A stretch of 64,000 nucleotides of DNA from positions 186,001 to 250,000 of IMG/VR virus record IMGVR_UViG_3300027749_002876; one strand, 5' to 3'. Each line of letters begins with the position of its first letter. Within the stretch, counting starts at the first letter, position 1. The notes under the pieces were generated by a model. That model searched no databases, had not been told where the DNA came from, and saw only the letters and a program-made list of their open reading frames with translations. Positions 19,473-29,432 of the stretch are shown here, piece after piece. A program made the position numbers and the translations under genes.

Positions 19473-21815
19473 TTACTTAATGCCTGCTAGCTTTTTCCAA
19501 GCCGCTACGCTATTGCTAGATTCGTTGATATCTGTAGTACCCTTTGATACTGTACGATTTAATTGACTTGCTACAACAGGGATAGTTGTTTGACCAGTTG
19601 ATTTACGTTTGTTTAAACCACCACTGATAACATTCATCATAAAGTCAATGTCAGTTTCGAAGGATGTATCTGTACCGTTTTTACCAGCATCATTGGCCCA
19701 TTCGTCTATCTTCTTCTTGTCTTTCTTGTCATCATACTCAATGTCTTTTTTGACTTTCTTGCCAGCTTCTTCTGCTTTGTCGTCATCTTTACCTTTATGG
19801 TCTTCATCATATTCGATATCTTTGGCGACTTTCTTAGCGGCTTTTTCAGCTTTGTCATCTTTCTCACTAGTAGATTCTTCTGACAACATTGCTAATTTTT
19901 TGTAAAGATTAAAGAAACTTGATTCTGACATTGTTTCGCATTTGCAAGGTTTGCAATCACATTTCTTACAAGTGCCTTCCTCTAATTCTTCTTTACCGGC
20001 TTCTTCACCAGTTTCATCTTCAGCTTCATTCATTGATGCTTTCATTTCTTCTTCTGCATCACCGGCTTCAATACCTGCGTTTGCTACAGGAGATGCTTCG
20101 CTACCTTCATCAATGTCATCACTTGGGTTATATGCGGCTGCGGCTGCATTTGCGGCATCAACATCAGCATCTTCTGCGTCAACTTCTGCGGCACCACTGT
20201 CTGGAGGATTATCTTCAGCCATTTGATAAGTCATTTCATCTTCTGATTCAACTTCATCAACCATTTCTGTATCTTTACTACAAGAATGTCCTGCTTCCAT
20301 CATACCACCGCATGCTTCACATGTTTCTTCATCGTGTGAATGTGCATCTCCGCCACCAATGCCTGATAGTTTCTTCATCAAATTCATCATACCATCATGG
20401 TCATCAACTACTTCAATTGCGGCACCACCTGCGCCAATTTCAGCTGGTTCACCACCATTATCTACTGTCATTGGCTCTGCGTGTGACATTCCAGAACTAT
20501 CATCTCCACCAAATAGTCCTAGACCTGCTGATTTGATAACACTTAATAGTTGGTCAGCTTCACCGTCCTGTGCTGAAACACTTACTGAATCAGGACTACC
20601 TTGTTGACCTTTGCTAATAGATACAGTCATACCTTCAGTAACTTCACTATCTTCTAGTAAAGCATTCAATTGCTTTTCTAATGCTTCAAAAGCGAATGCA
20701 TCATTCTTTACAAACTCTTTACCACCAAGACTGAATTTACTTCCTTTTGGTGTGTTCTTTGCGGCCCAGCTGAATGGACTTTCTTCAATATCTGCTTCAC
20801 CTAGTTGACCTTCTTCAGCACCGTAGCCAGCCATTGTGCCTACTACATCAGCACCGGATTCTGTTTCACCAACATAACCTTGAATTGGTACTTGACCGTA
20901 ACACTCATCTAGGCCTTCTTTGTAACCTTCATGGTAGCAACGTCCTTCTTCTAAGTCATCGTAGTTCTTGCCACAGTGTGCGTGACCACGTAGACCGTGT
21001 GCTTTACCTTCTGCACGTGCGGCTTGTAATCTTTGATCCATACCTTCTTTAACTTTCTTTTTCTTCAAATCGTTCTTACCCTTACCATCTTCTGCGTAGT
21101 CAGGGATACCATTCTTGTTAGCATCTGGCTTTTTAGCTTTCTTAGCTTCTAATGTTAATGGGCTTGCCAATGCATCACGTGGAGGCTGATCTGCTTCTTT
21201 GATTTTCTTCATCTGTGCACCTGCAATTTTTGTTGCGGCTTCTTTACCATACTTAGGTGTTAGCTTACGCACTAATGCGTCAAAACCTGTAGTAGCATTG
21301 TTGTGCTTGCCAATGTCGCCCTCTTTCATTTCTTCATCACCACCAAGCTTAAGCGTACCTTTTTCGGAGGCGGCTTTAATTGTGTTAGCAGTTGCCGCAT
21401 CAGCAGTGCCCATTGGCTTACCATCTGCGCCAATAATTTGACTTGCACCTGGCATTGGCTTAACAGTAATACCCATTTCATTCAATGGTGCGTACATTTG
21501 CTCAAGATATTCTTTGATACTATGCTTTTTAGTTTTCTTTTTGTCGTGTTTAGGTAATTTAACATCTTTACCTTTAGTTACGCCAAACGCACTAAAGTCA
21601 TACTTCTTATCTTCACCTGATGTAGATGTAGCTTTCTTAGGACGGCCCTTGCCTTTTTTCTCGGCAGTTTTGTCTTTGATTTTATTGCCATCTTCATCTT
21701 CATCGTCTTTACGACCGTAACCACCTGGCTCAGCAGTGTGCTTTAAGCCAGTTTTAGTTTTCTCTGTTGCTTCGTTCAACTGGTCTAGTTGTGATAATAA
21801 ACTTTTGAAATTCAT
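19473..21815 (-). CDS. large acidic/basic low-complexity protein, probable prohead core or internal protein
   Basis: 780 aa; about 20 hydrophobic-x-E sites; KKLSGI, KKLAML, KKLAGI motifs. Confidence 0.6.
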   Translation of the reverse strand: MNFKSLLSQLDQLNEATEKTKTGLKHTAEPGGYGRKDDEDEDGNKIKDKTAEKKGKGRPKKATSTSGEDKKYDFSAFGVTKGKDVKLPKHDKKKTKKHSIKEYLEQMYAPLNEMGITVKPMPGASQIIGADGKPMGTADAATANTIKAASEKGTLKLGGDEEMKEGDIGKHNNATTGFDALVRKLTPKYGKEAATKIAGAQMKKIKEADQPPRDALASPLTLEAKKAKKPDANKNGIPDYAEDGKGKNDLKKKKVKEGMDQRLQAARAEGKAHGLRGHAHCGKNYDDLEEGRCYHEGYKEGLDECYGQVPIQGYVGETESGADVVGTMAGYGAEEGQLGEADIEESPFSWAAKNTPKGSKFSLGGKEFVKNDAFAFEALEKQLNALLEDSEVTEGMTVSISKGQQGSPDSVSVSAQDGEADQLLSVIKSAGLGLFGGDDSSGMSHAEPMTVDNGGEPAEIGAGGAAIEVVDDHDGMMNLMKKLSGIGGGDAHSHDEETCEACGGMMEAGHSCSKDTEMVDEVESEDEMTYQMAEDNPPDSGAAEVDAEDADVDAANAAAAAYNPSDDIDEGSEASPVANAGIEAGDAEEEMKASMNEAEDETGEEAGKEELEEGTCKKCDCKPCKCETMSESSFFNLYKKLAMLSEESTSEKDDKAEKAAKKVAKDIEYDEDHKGKDDDKAEEAGKKVKKDIEYDDKKDKKKIDEWANDAGKNGTDTSFETDIDFMMNVISGGLNKRKSTGQTTIPVVASQLNRTVSKGTTDINESSNSVAAWKKLAGIK

Positions 21816-21827
21816 TTTATATTCCTT

Positions 21828-22457
21828 TTATTTAGATGCTCTTGCACCAGTTGCTGGCAACGGTGGACGTTTTATTGTACTCATTGGGCTTTTCTCACCC
21901 ATCTGTTTGTCATCCAAGTATGGCTTGAATGGATCGAATGCGTCAGGTGTTTTTGTTCCTGCATAAGGAATATCAATCTCTGAATCCTTCATTTGGTCTT
22001 TAATACTCTTTAAGTATGAATCACCATAATTTTTACTAGCTTCTTTAGCGCCAGGCTGTTCTTCTAATTCAGTATGTAATAACAATGGATTATGACTCAT
22101 TTCATTGGCATAACCTACTTGTTCATTATCAATGCTGTCATTAAAATCAGTTCCAACAACACGAACCATATCAACTTGATAACCCAATAGTTGTGCAATC
22201 TGTTGAATCATTGGCTCTGTCGCTGGATAGCGAAAATCTGCTTTGATAATAGTGATAGACTGATTACTCAAGTTAGGAAATCCATATGGATTCTTTTGAA
22301 TAGGAGTCTTTACTGGATCACTAATTCTGATAGGATCGAATTTATTAAGATTGTACTTAAACAAATCTATAAAATTCTTATCCACATCGCCAGCAATTTT
22401 GATAGTGTAATTGTATGTATGTACACTTTCTGTTATATAATGTTTGAGGCTTTTCAT
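21828..22457 (-). CDS. hypothetical head-associated protein
   Basis: N-terminus MKSLKHYITE resembles the T4 capsid-targeting sequence; late promoter at 22477-22484. Confidence 0.6.
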   Translation of the reverse strand: MKSLKHYITESVHTYNYTIKIAGDVDKNFIDLFKYNLNKFDPIRISDPVKTPIQKNPYGFPNLSNQSITIIKADFRYPATEPMIQQIAQLLGYQVDMVRVVGTDFNDSIDNEQVGYANEMSHNPLLLHTELEEQPGAKEASKNYGDSYLKSIKDQMKDSEIDIPYAGTKTPDAFDPFKPYLDDKQMGEKSPMSTIKRPPLPATGARASK

Positions 22458-22482
22458 TTCTTATTCCTGTATTCTGTATTTA

Positions 22483-22968
22483 TCATTTATTATCTGTTTT
22501 TGATGCCGACAACATCTTCAGCAATGCATTACGGTCTAAACTTTTTCCTTCACCTAATGGGGTAGCATTTATTTCTTCTTCTTTACCCGCAGTTTTTTGG
22601 TCTAGTTGTGCTTTTTTAAGCTGTAAATCAAGCATTTTAAGCTTCTTGTTGATTTTGGCTGTCTTTGACGTAATTGCGTGACCTAAAAAACTACTGGCAC
22701 TGTTAAAGATTTCACTAGCAAAACGACTATCAACTTGCATACCTAAGTCCATTAAATCTTTATAGCTATCGGTTGCTAATCTAGCAAGCTCGTCCATTTC
22801 AGTATCGCTTGCTTCTAGTCCTCTAACTTGAGGCAATGCGGCTTCAATTTTATCTAATGCTTCTGCTGTATCAGTTGTGATTTCTTCCATAGTTTCAGGC
22901 AAGGAAATAGTAATACCCCTATCATTATTTTCTGGAAGCTCAAATAAATCTTCTAATTTTTTGGTCAT
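22483..22968 (-). CDS. probable terminase small subunit (gp16-like)
   Basis: helical protein; SRFASEIF and C-terminal LDRNALLKML loosely parallel gp16 patterns; next to gp4; late promoter 4 nt upstream. Confidence 0.5.
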   Translation of the reverse strand: MTKKLEDLFELPENNDRGITISLPETMEEITTDTAEALDKIEAALPQVRGLEASDTEMDELARLATDSYKDLMDLGMQVDSRFASEIFNSASSFLGHAITSKTAKINKKLKMLDLQLKKAQLDQKTAGKEEEINATPLGEGKSLDRNALLKMLSASKTDNK

Positions 22969-22979
22969 ACAGTATTTAT

Positions 22980-23417
22980 TTACCTTCCCTTACCCTGATG
23001 AAAAAGGTCATCTTCTGTTATAACTCTAAAGGTGTAACCATGTTGTTTACAGAAAGCCATAGCTGACTGCCATTTAGCGTGATTGATTGCTACAACCATA
23101 CGGTCTTTGGCACTTGCAACTTTGCTTTCAATTAAGCTTTGTTTCTTGGGTTTAATTTCTACTACTTCAGCTATTTGTTTGCCGTACTTGTTTTGATAAA
23201 CTACAAAGAAGTCAGGTATATATATGGTTGGCTTACCTGTAAATGGATGACGATACGGTACACTAAATGATTCACTAGCCCAATATAATACACTTTTATT
23301 ACTATCACAGAATGTCATAAATGTAAGTTCCCAACCACTGCGATATCTAGGTGCATGTTTACCTATATATTTTTTTGGGTTCTTGGGTGTGAATAAACCC
23401 TGTGCATACTTAGCCAT
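22980..23417 (-). CDS. gp4: head completion nuclease (T4 gp4-like, TnsA-type)
   Basis: PKNPKKYIG...YRSGWE...WASE...YIPDF...EIKPKKQ...NHAKW...FRVITE. Confidence 0.9.
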   Translation of the reverse strand: MAKYAQGLFTPKNPKKYIGKHAPRYRSGWELTFMTFCDSNKSVLYWASESFSVPYRHPFTGKPTIYIPDFFVVYQNKYGKQIAEVVEIKPKKQSLIESKVASAKDRMVVAINHAKWQSAMAFCKQHGYTFRVITEDDLFHQGKGR

Positions 23418-23779
23418 TACAGAACTATATTTCTAGCAACAGGTTGATTAGGTTGTGGAATTGTACCTATACCGTACAATGATGTTTTACTTTTAAAAGT
23501 GTTAAGATAGTATGTAATAACAGTATTCATTTCTAGTTTGTTATTAAGACCTTTGATATAGTTTAATAATTCCAATACTGATATTTGAGTTTGTTGTGAG
23601 ATTCTAAATAAGTTTGCTGTAAAATTGTTAGCTATTTGTTTAGTATCACATACTGATACAAAATACCCATGAACAATGTCATACTCATCACCGTTGACTA
23701 CTAAGTCAAATGAGTAAAAGTCATCAAATATTCTTACTGTCGAATCAAGTTGAGTTCGTGCGTCAAGTATTCTAGCCAT
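23417..23779 (-). CDS. hypothetical late protein
   Basis: 120 aa; GGAG SD; TATAAATA upstream. Confidence 0.7.
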   Translation of the reverse strand: MARILDARTQLDSTVRIFDDFYSFDLVVNGDEYDIVHGYFVSVCDTKQIANNFTANLFRISQQTQISVLELLNYIKGLNNKLEMNTVITYYLNTFKSKTSLYGIGTIPQPNQPVARNIVL

Positions 23780-23808
23780 GTATAAATCTCCTAAAAGTAT
23801 TTATACAT
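23778..23808 (-). promoter_or_regulatory. late promoter TATAAATA (23798-23805) within a 10-bp hairpin that covers the start codon
   Basis: ATGTATAAAT (23778-23787) / ATTTATACAT (23799-23808). Confidence 0.7.
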
Positions 23809-25011
23809 TTAACCTTGCTTGCCAGCAGATGTTGGACCAATCTGCTGTGGTGATGATAGTGCACCGATTGTTGGTGCACCTGCACTAGCTTTACCTGCAG
23901 GAGTAACACCGTAGCCTGGATAGTAAGTAGTACCTCTAACACTACCAGGTAATGCCTGTTGAGTCGCTTGTGTAAGTATTCCAGTAATATCTGACTTTGC
24001 AACTTGTTTTAAGTTTGTATTTTTAAATGTGTTATATGCAGTACCGGCAGTTCTGGCTGCACTTAGGAATCTTCCATTTGACAAATCAGATAATATACCA
24101 CCTGCACTGTCTACCAAACCACCTTGACCTAAGATAGTTTGATTAGATCCAAGGCGCGCTATAGGACTTAGTGTTCTATCATAATTTGAATCTGTACCAA
24201 ATCCTGGTACTGTGTTGCTTGGAGCTTTACCATCTAGTTTGCCTTCAGCATATTTTACAGTTTCATAATCAATAGTCATACTGTTTGTCATTGTGCCATT
24301 ACCTGCACTATAGTCATATGTGTCGTGGCTAAATCTAGTAAGAATAGGATTAATCAATGTATATGATACAAAACTATGCTGATTAAAACCGTATACTTGT
24401 ATGTTTTTGAAAAAAGGAATTTTACTATTTCCTATTGAAGAATTCAATGTAGTCTGTGATGGGGTTGATGTATCACCTATATATCCCCAATCTTCATCAC
24501 CTGTTATTGAATCCTTATATAAATTTCTACTATTATAATCTGAGGCTAAGTTTAGAGGTTCACTACTAGGTAACTGCGGGCCTACAGGACCTGTTGTAGT
24601 GAGAACAGGTTTATTTGCATCTTTGTAATAATATGTGTAGTAATTATACCACATGTTACGTATGCTATTTCCGTTATCATCATGGAATGTAATATCTATT
24701 GGATCATATTTTATTTTTGTTTGAACAATACGTTTACGATTATATTGATTCATTATATGTGTATCAAAACTATATGAAGGTAGTTTAACTGTTTTTACTG
24801 TTAGACCAAAGTTTGTTCCAGTGGACAATCCAACTGCATAAACAGCTGGATTTATTTCAAAATATACATGGAATAGAAACTTAAGCTTAGGTGCATATTG
24901 ATATGCATTAGGTCTAAATGTTTTTGCCGCGTGAGTGTAATCACGCAGGTATTCATTTCCAAAAAAACCTGCGGCAGTATCTTTAAGTAAATTTTGAAAG
25001 AATCCTGCCAT
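23809..25011 (-). CDS. tail tube-like baseplate-tube junction protein (gp48/gp54-like)
   Basis: KTVKLPS...YNRK...YDPIDITFHDD...TIDYE tube-fold pattern; directly downstream of the tube gene. Confidence 0.65.
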   Translation of the reverse strand: MAGFFQNLLKDTAAGFFGNEYLRDYTHAAKTFRPNAYQYAPKLKFLFHVYFEINPAVYAVGLSTGTNFGLTVKTVKLPSYSFDTHIMNQYNRKRIVQTKIKYDPIDITFHDDNGNSIRNMWYNYYTYYYKDANKPVLTTTGPVGPQLPSSEPLNLASDYNSRNLYKDSITGDEDWGYIGDTSTPSQTTLNSSIGNSKIPFFKNIQVYGFNQHSFVSYTLINPILTRFSHDTYDYSAGNGTMTNSMTIDYETVKYAEGKLDGKAPSNTVPGFGTDSNYDRTLSPIARLGSNQTILGQGGLVDSAGGILSDLSNGRFLSAARTAGTAYNTFKNTNLKQVAKSDITGILTQATQQALPGSVRGTTYYPGYGVTPAGKASAGAPTIGALSSPQQIGPTSAGKQG

Positions 25012-25032
25012 TTATAAGGCCTTTGTAGTCAA

Positions 25033-25668
25033 TTAACCTTGACCAGAACCAATACCGGTTACAGTTGAACCACCCAAGATTCTGCCAATGTTTGTACCAA
25101 TGCCACTTGTTAACGGAGACTGGACTGCGTTATCGTAACGAATTGTCAATGCAATAGTTGCGATTTCGTTTGATCCATAATTCAATGAACCATAGTTAGC
25201 TGTTTTTAGATAACAGCCATAGCATTCCCAAGTTTCTAATACTTGAGGAACAGCAGTACCATTACCACCGTCTAATACTTCAATGTTTGTTTGAAACTTA
25301 TAATCTTGACCAGTTGCGGCTGAAGCTTGTTCAACCATGTCTAATTGTTTCTGTACTTGTTGACCAACTAATTTAGAAACACTACCTTGAGCATCATCTC
25401 TAACATTAATTGTCAATTCATTCCAACTATGTTTACCTGCCAAATACAATGTTGAGTTGTAAATAGGTATAGTAATTTCTTCAAAACTGATTTGTGGTCT
25501 GTTAAGGTCTATTACTTGTTTAGTCAACTCAATAGTTGCTCCAGTACCGAAACTCAAAAAGTTAACTCTGAAACGGTATTGTAATTTGGGCATCAACAAG
25601 CCCTGGTTTCCACCAGCGTTGTCTGACGCTACTGTCATGTTGAACAATGATTGTGAGGCTGTTGCCAT
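25033..25668 (-). CDS. gp19: tail tube protein
   Basis: PKLQYRFRV...YLAGKHSW...WECYGC...LTIRYDNA; downstream of the sheath; late promoter at 25689-25696. Confidence 0.88.
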   Translation of the reverse strand: MATASQSLFNMTVASDNAGGNQGLLMPKLQYRFRVNFLSFGTGATIELTKQVIDLNRPQISFEEITIPIYNSTLYLAGKHSWNELTINVRDDAQGSVSKLVGQQVQKQLDMVEQASAATGQDYKFQTNIEVLDGGNGTAVPQVLETWECYGCYLKTANYGSLNYGSNEIATIALTIRYDNAVQSPLTSGIGTNIGRILGGSTVTGIGSGQG

Positions 25669-25704
25669 TTTTTAATCTCCTGTATACTTATTTATCTTTA
25701 ACAT

Positions 25705-25728
25705 TGAATACCCCTTTCAGGGTATTCA
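25705..25728 (-). promoter_or_regulatory. stem-loop after the sheath stop (3' stabiliser or weak terminator)
   Basis: TGAATACCC / GGGTATTCA 9-bp inverted repeat without a clear U-tract. Confidence 0.55.
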
Positions 25729-28700
25729 TTATGCTGTTGCTTGTATCTCACCTGTGTTTAGAACACGTACCGGGATGTAAATGAATTCAGCCGCTTTTAC
25801 TGGCTCAATTGCAACGTCAACCCATAATTCGTTTCTATCAATTCTTGCTGGTGTGTTGTTTTGGTCATCACATTGTACAAGATAATCATAGATACCACGT
25901 TTAGCTACCAAATCAACCATCAATGTTTGAACAACACCCGCAATTTGATTACGTGTTAATGCATCATTTGGCTCAAATACAAACGGTCTTGCTGCCAATG
26001 TTAATTGACGGCGTATGTAATTGACTAATCGTGCAACGTTTGTTCTATCTAATGCACTTTGACTATTATAGCTATTCTTGTTACCATAATTCAATAATCC
26101 TATACCAGTAAAGAATACTAGAGGATTGATGAAGTTAATATATAACACATCACGAATACCCAAACGTGTCTTGATCGCTACAAACTCACCGGTAGTACGA
26201 TCCAAGTAACCAATGTTCAATGCATTGTCAATGTTACCTCTACGTGTACCAGCTGCCGCTAACCAAGGATAAGCAATGTTATCATTACGTAAGAATGTTC
26301 GTAACATCATATGACTTGCTGGAACAACAACTTCATTACCATTCAAATCATTTGTAATTCCACTTGGATAGAATAGACCTAAATATGTATTACGTGTAAC
26401 TAATCCTGCTTCACCTGTAGATACAGCACCTGCATCGTTGTTAGCCCAGGCTTGAATTTCAGTCGCACCATCAACTAACCCTAATGGTGTATCACCGATA
26501 ATATAACCTGTCTCACCACGATCAGCATTCAATACAACCATGTTAGGTTGTAGTTCTGGATAGTTAGGTGTAGCTAATAAATTGAAGTAATTATCTTCAT
26601 CTCGTATATCCGTGTTCGTATCAATTGCTGAACGCAATGATTGAACAACCATAGCACGTTGTGCTTGACGACCCATATATGGACTACCGTCTGCTTTATT
26701 TCCACTAACTGTTACCCATGCATCTGTTTGTGTAGGCAATGTTTCGTCTGGGAAACTTGCGTTATTAAAATAGTTTACACGGAATTGTTTAACGTTATAA
26801 CCTGAACGTCTTGTGTTAAACAACAGCATACCTTGTGGATATAGTGCTGGATTAGGAGCATCTAAATCTAAGTAGTTGCTTGTTAACAAACTTTTGATTG
26901 TTGGTATAGGATCATCAACTGGACTTGTTGTACCATTTGTTGCCCAACGTGCATCTAAGAATGTAACACCTGTTGAACTTACTTGGTCTGTATTATTAAT
27001 CAAAATCCATTGAGCTACACCACCAACCAATTCCCAACGACTGATTACTGGATATACTTCTAAATTACTTGTATCAATCCATAAATCACCGTAACTTAGT
27101 GCATCGCCTGTACTTTGTGTAGTTGGCTTTGATGCAGATATAATCGGACCATTGATATCAGTTGTGTTTGATCCAGATGATGCTGGTGCACCAGTTGTAT
27201 CATAACTAGTATTTCTATAACCAATCCAAGCACCACCTTTTTGTACCATTATATCAACTTGGTCAACTACACTGTAGAACCAATTTGTATTATTTGCCGG
27301 TGCAACTGCAGGGGCACTATCATTACTGGTATAATAGAAATCAATCCAATTACTTAGTTGGGTTCTAAATCCAATAGCAGGTAAACCACTCTCATAAGTA
27401 ACTGCGGTAACTGGGCCAGTTGCTCCTCCACCTGAAATAGTAGCAACAATCACAGTTAAATCATTAACACTAGCTACTCCACCTAAACTTGAACCAGAAA
27501 CAGTAATTGTATCACCTATAGCATATCCGCTACCTCCGCTAGTTACACCATCACCATTTAAGAAATATGTACCAGGAACAGCTTTAACAGTTAATGTAGC
27601 GCCAGATCCAGATCCAGATGTAGAATTTTGCGGGGCTGTTGAGAATATAGCAAAACTATTAGGACCATACTTAACATTAGGCTGTGCATTTATTACAAAA
27701 CCGGCCTCAACTATAGCTCCATTTGATACACCAATACCGTCGAATGAACTATTTACAGTGTCATCTAATATAATTTCACCACCCTCAGTATGTTCTAATT
27801 GAATAGATCCTTCAGTTGTTACTGATGCCATTGTATAAGGAATTCCGGCTGCTGCCCAAGCTGTTACAAAATCAGTAGCATCACTATTGTCAGGAATAGT
27901 CACATTATAAGCAACACTTAAAGTAGTACTTCCGGGCACACTCACATAAACATTCATATAATATGGCCCAGCATTAAACATTGGTTCTGTATTATCACCT
28001 ACCACAATAGTAGCACCAATTGCGGCACGCTCCCAAATGTACAACGGAGAACTTGGCCATGATCCATCAAATCCATATTGTGCATATATACTGCCTGCGG
28101 GTATTGCTTTACCTCCGGTTGCATCAAGCACGTTAGTAACAGTCCAATCGCTAGTTGCTAATGTTACTGTTTTGTTAATCCAACTTGCTGTTGCTGAATT
28201 ATATCTAGACATAGAAGGTTGTAAACCATTACCAGCGGAACCTACTTTAATCCATACTGCTCCAGTTGGTTGTGGTTGAGATTGACTTGAAGTCCATAAT
28301 GGCATTTGAGCACTAGTCCCGTATTTAATAATAGGTTGATTAAATCTACTAGCTACAATACCCAAGTCAGACAATACACCATCAGTTGATGAAAGGGTAA
28401 TATAAGGTGAACTTGATGGTAAGAATTGATTTGAAAATATGCATAATTTACCATCACGTACTTCGGATGATAAAGAAGTCCAACCTAAATCATTAATTGC
28501 AGTAGCAACACCTTCAACTGTGGCATCTGCCGGAACAGTAATTGTTGCTGTATATAATCCACTCATGCTAATATTAAAAGTGTCACCGACACTTAATGAA
28601 GGGTTAGAATTTGAACCTTGAACACACGGAGTATCTAATCTCCAACCAGTTGTTCCTAACGAAACCCATTCATTTAATGTTGTTTTATAGAAATACGTTT

Positions 28701-29304
28701 TATTATTAAGGTCGTTTGGTGCACCATCGACAGCCATTGCATTTACTGCATAATCACCAATATTTCCTATACTATTTAATGGTATTCCATAAGCTAAATC
28801 CATAGAATCAGTAATAACTATAGGTTGCTGTAATACAAATCTACCAGTAGTTGCATTAAATTCATATATTCCCCATGTGCTTGTTGTAGTATCTAACCAA
28901 TATGTTCCATTGTCTGGATTACCAACTGGACGACCTGTTTGACCAACTAGACTAGCTAGGTCAATCTCACAACGTAGTACGTAGCAACGATTTGTAACTC
29001 CTAGTAATGAATAAGCGGCTAACAAACCATATTCGTTAAGTTCATATCCTTGAATAGGTGTACCATTTGTCGTTGTATAGAAGAACGGTGTACCATATAA
29101 GTTTACTAAATCACGTTGACTTGTTACTTGATATAATTTATTTGCATTAGCGGCTGTAGTTGCTACTGCTACCCCTGTTCCAGTTGCATTTGCTTTATTT
29201 TGAGCAGTTGCTAATAGAACTATTGGGACTGAATTGGTTGGGGCTGGTAAATATTGACTTTCATCAGTAATCGTTACCTGTACGCCAGGAGAAGTTAATG
29301 CCAT
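25729..29304 (-). CDS. gp18: contractile tail sheath protein with large insertions
   Basis: MALTSPGV.V...DES; C-terminal PWLAAAG.RRG, INP, ALDRTNVARL, FVFEPND, IEPVKAAEFI; late promoter at 29358-29365. Confidence 0.95.
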   Translation of the reverse strand: MALTSPGVQVTITDESQYLPAPTNSVPIVLLATAQNKANATGTGVAVATTAANANKLYQVTSQRDLVNLYGTPFFYTTTNGTPIQGYELNEYGLLAAYSLLGVTNRCYVLRCEIDLASLVGQTGRPVGNPDNGTYWLDTTTSTWGIYEFNATTGRFVLQQPIVITDSMDLAYGIPLNSIGNIGDYAVNAMAVDGAPNDLNNKTYFYKTTLNEWVSLGTTGWRLDTPCVQGSNSNPSLSVGDTFNISMSGLYTATITVPADATVEGVATAINDLGWTSLSSEVRDGKLCIFSNQFLPSSSPYITLSSTDGVLSDLGIVASRFNQPIIKYGTSAQMPLWTSSQSQPQPTGAVWIKVGSAGNGLQPSMSRYNSATASWINKTVTLATSDWTVTNVLDATGGKAIPAGSIYAQYGFDGSWPSSPLYIWERAAIGATIVVGDNTEPMFNAGPYYMNVYVSVPGSTTLSVAYNVTIPDNSDATDFVTAWAAAGIPYTMASVTTEGSIQLEHTEGGEIILDDTVNSSFDGIGVSNGAIVEAGFVINAQPNVKYGPNSFAIFSTAPQNSTSGSGSGATLTVKAVPGTYFLNGDGVTSGGSGYAIGDTITVSGSSLGGVASVNDLTVIVATISGGGATGPVTAVTYESGLPAIGFRTQLSNWIDFYYTSNDSAPAVAPANNTNWFYSVVDQVDIMVQKGGAWIGYRNTSYDTTGAPASSGSNTTDINGPIISASKPTTQSTGDALSYGDLWIDTSNLEVYPVISRWELVGGVAQWILINNTDQVSSTGVTFLDARWATNGTTSPVDDPIPTIKSLLTSNYLDLDAPNPALYPQGMLLFNTRRSGYNVKQFRVNYFNNASFPDETLPTQTDAWVTVSGNKADGSPYMGRQAQRAMVVQSLRSAIDTNTDIRDEDNYFNLLATPNYPELQPNMVVLNADRGETGYIIGDTPLGLVDGATEIQAWANNDAGAVSTGEAGLVTRNTYLGLFYPSGITNDLNGNEVVVPASHMMLRTFLRNDNIAYPWLAAAGTRRGNIDNALNIGYLDRTTGEFVAIKTRLGIRDVLYINFINPLVFFTGIGLLNYGNKNSYNSQSALDRTNVARLVNYIRRQLTLAARPFVFEPNDALTRNQIAGVVQTLMVDLVAKRGIYDYLVQCDDQNNTPARIDRNELWVDVAIEPVKAAEFIYIPVRVLNTGEIQATA

Positions 29305-29432
29305 TTTATTTTTCCTTTATGTAAAATTATGAGGTTTACTACCTTTTTGCATACTATTATTTATCTAATATCTTTAAAAAAACATAACTACTATGCTGTT
29401 TTGTGCCTTCGAAGGTTCCTGATAAATATATC

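Noticed and set aside
19919-20536. 205-aa His/Leu-rich + strand ORF
   Set aside because: Off-frame antisense product of the GAA/GAT-rich gene on the minus strand
23772-24002. 76-aa minus-strand ORF overlapping the end of the tube-like gene
   Set aside because: Alternative frame inside a longer gene, running over the next promoter; no initiation signal
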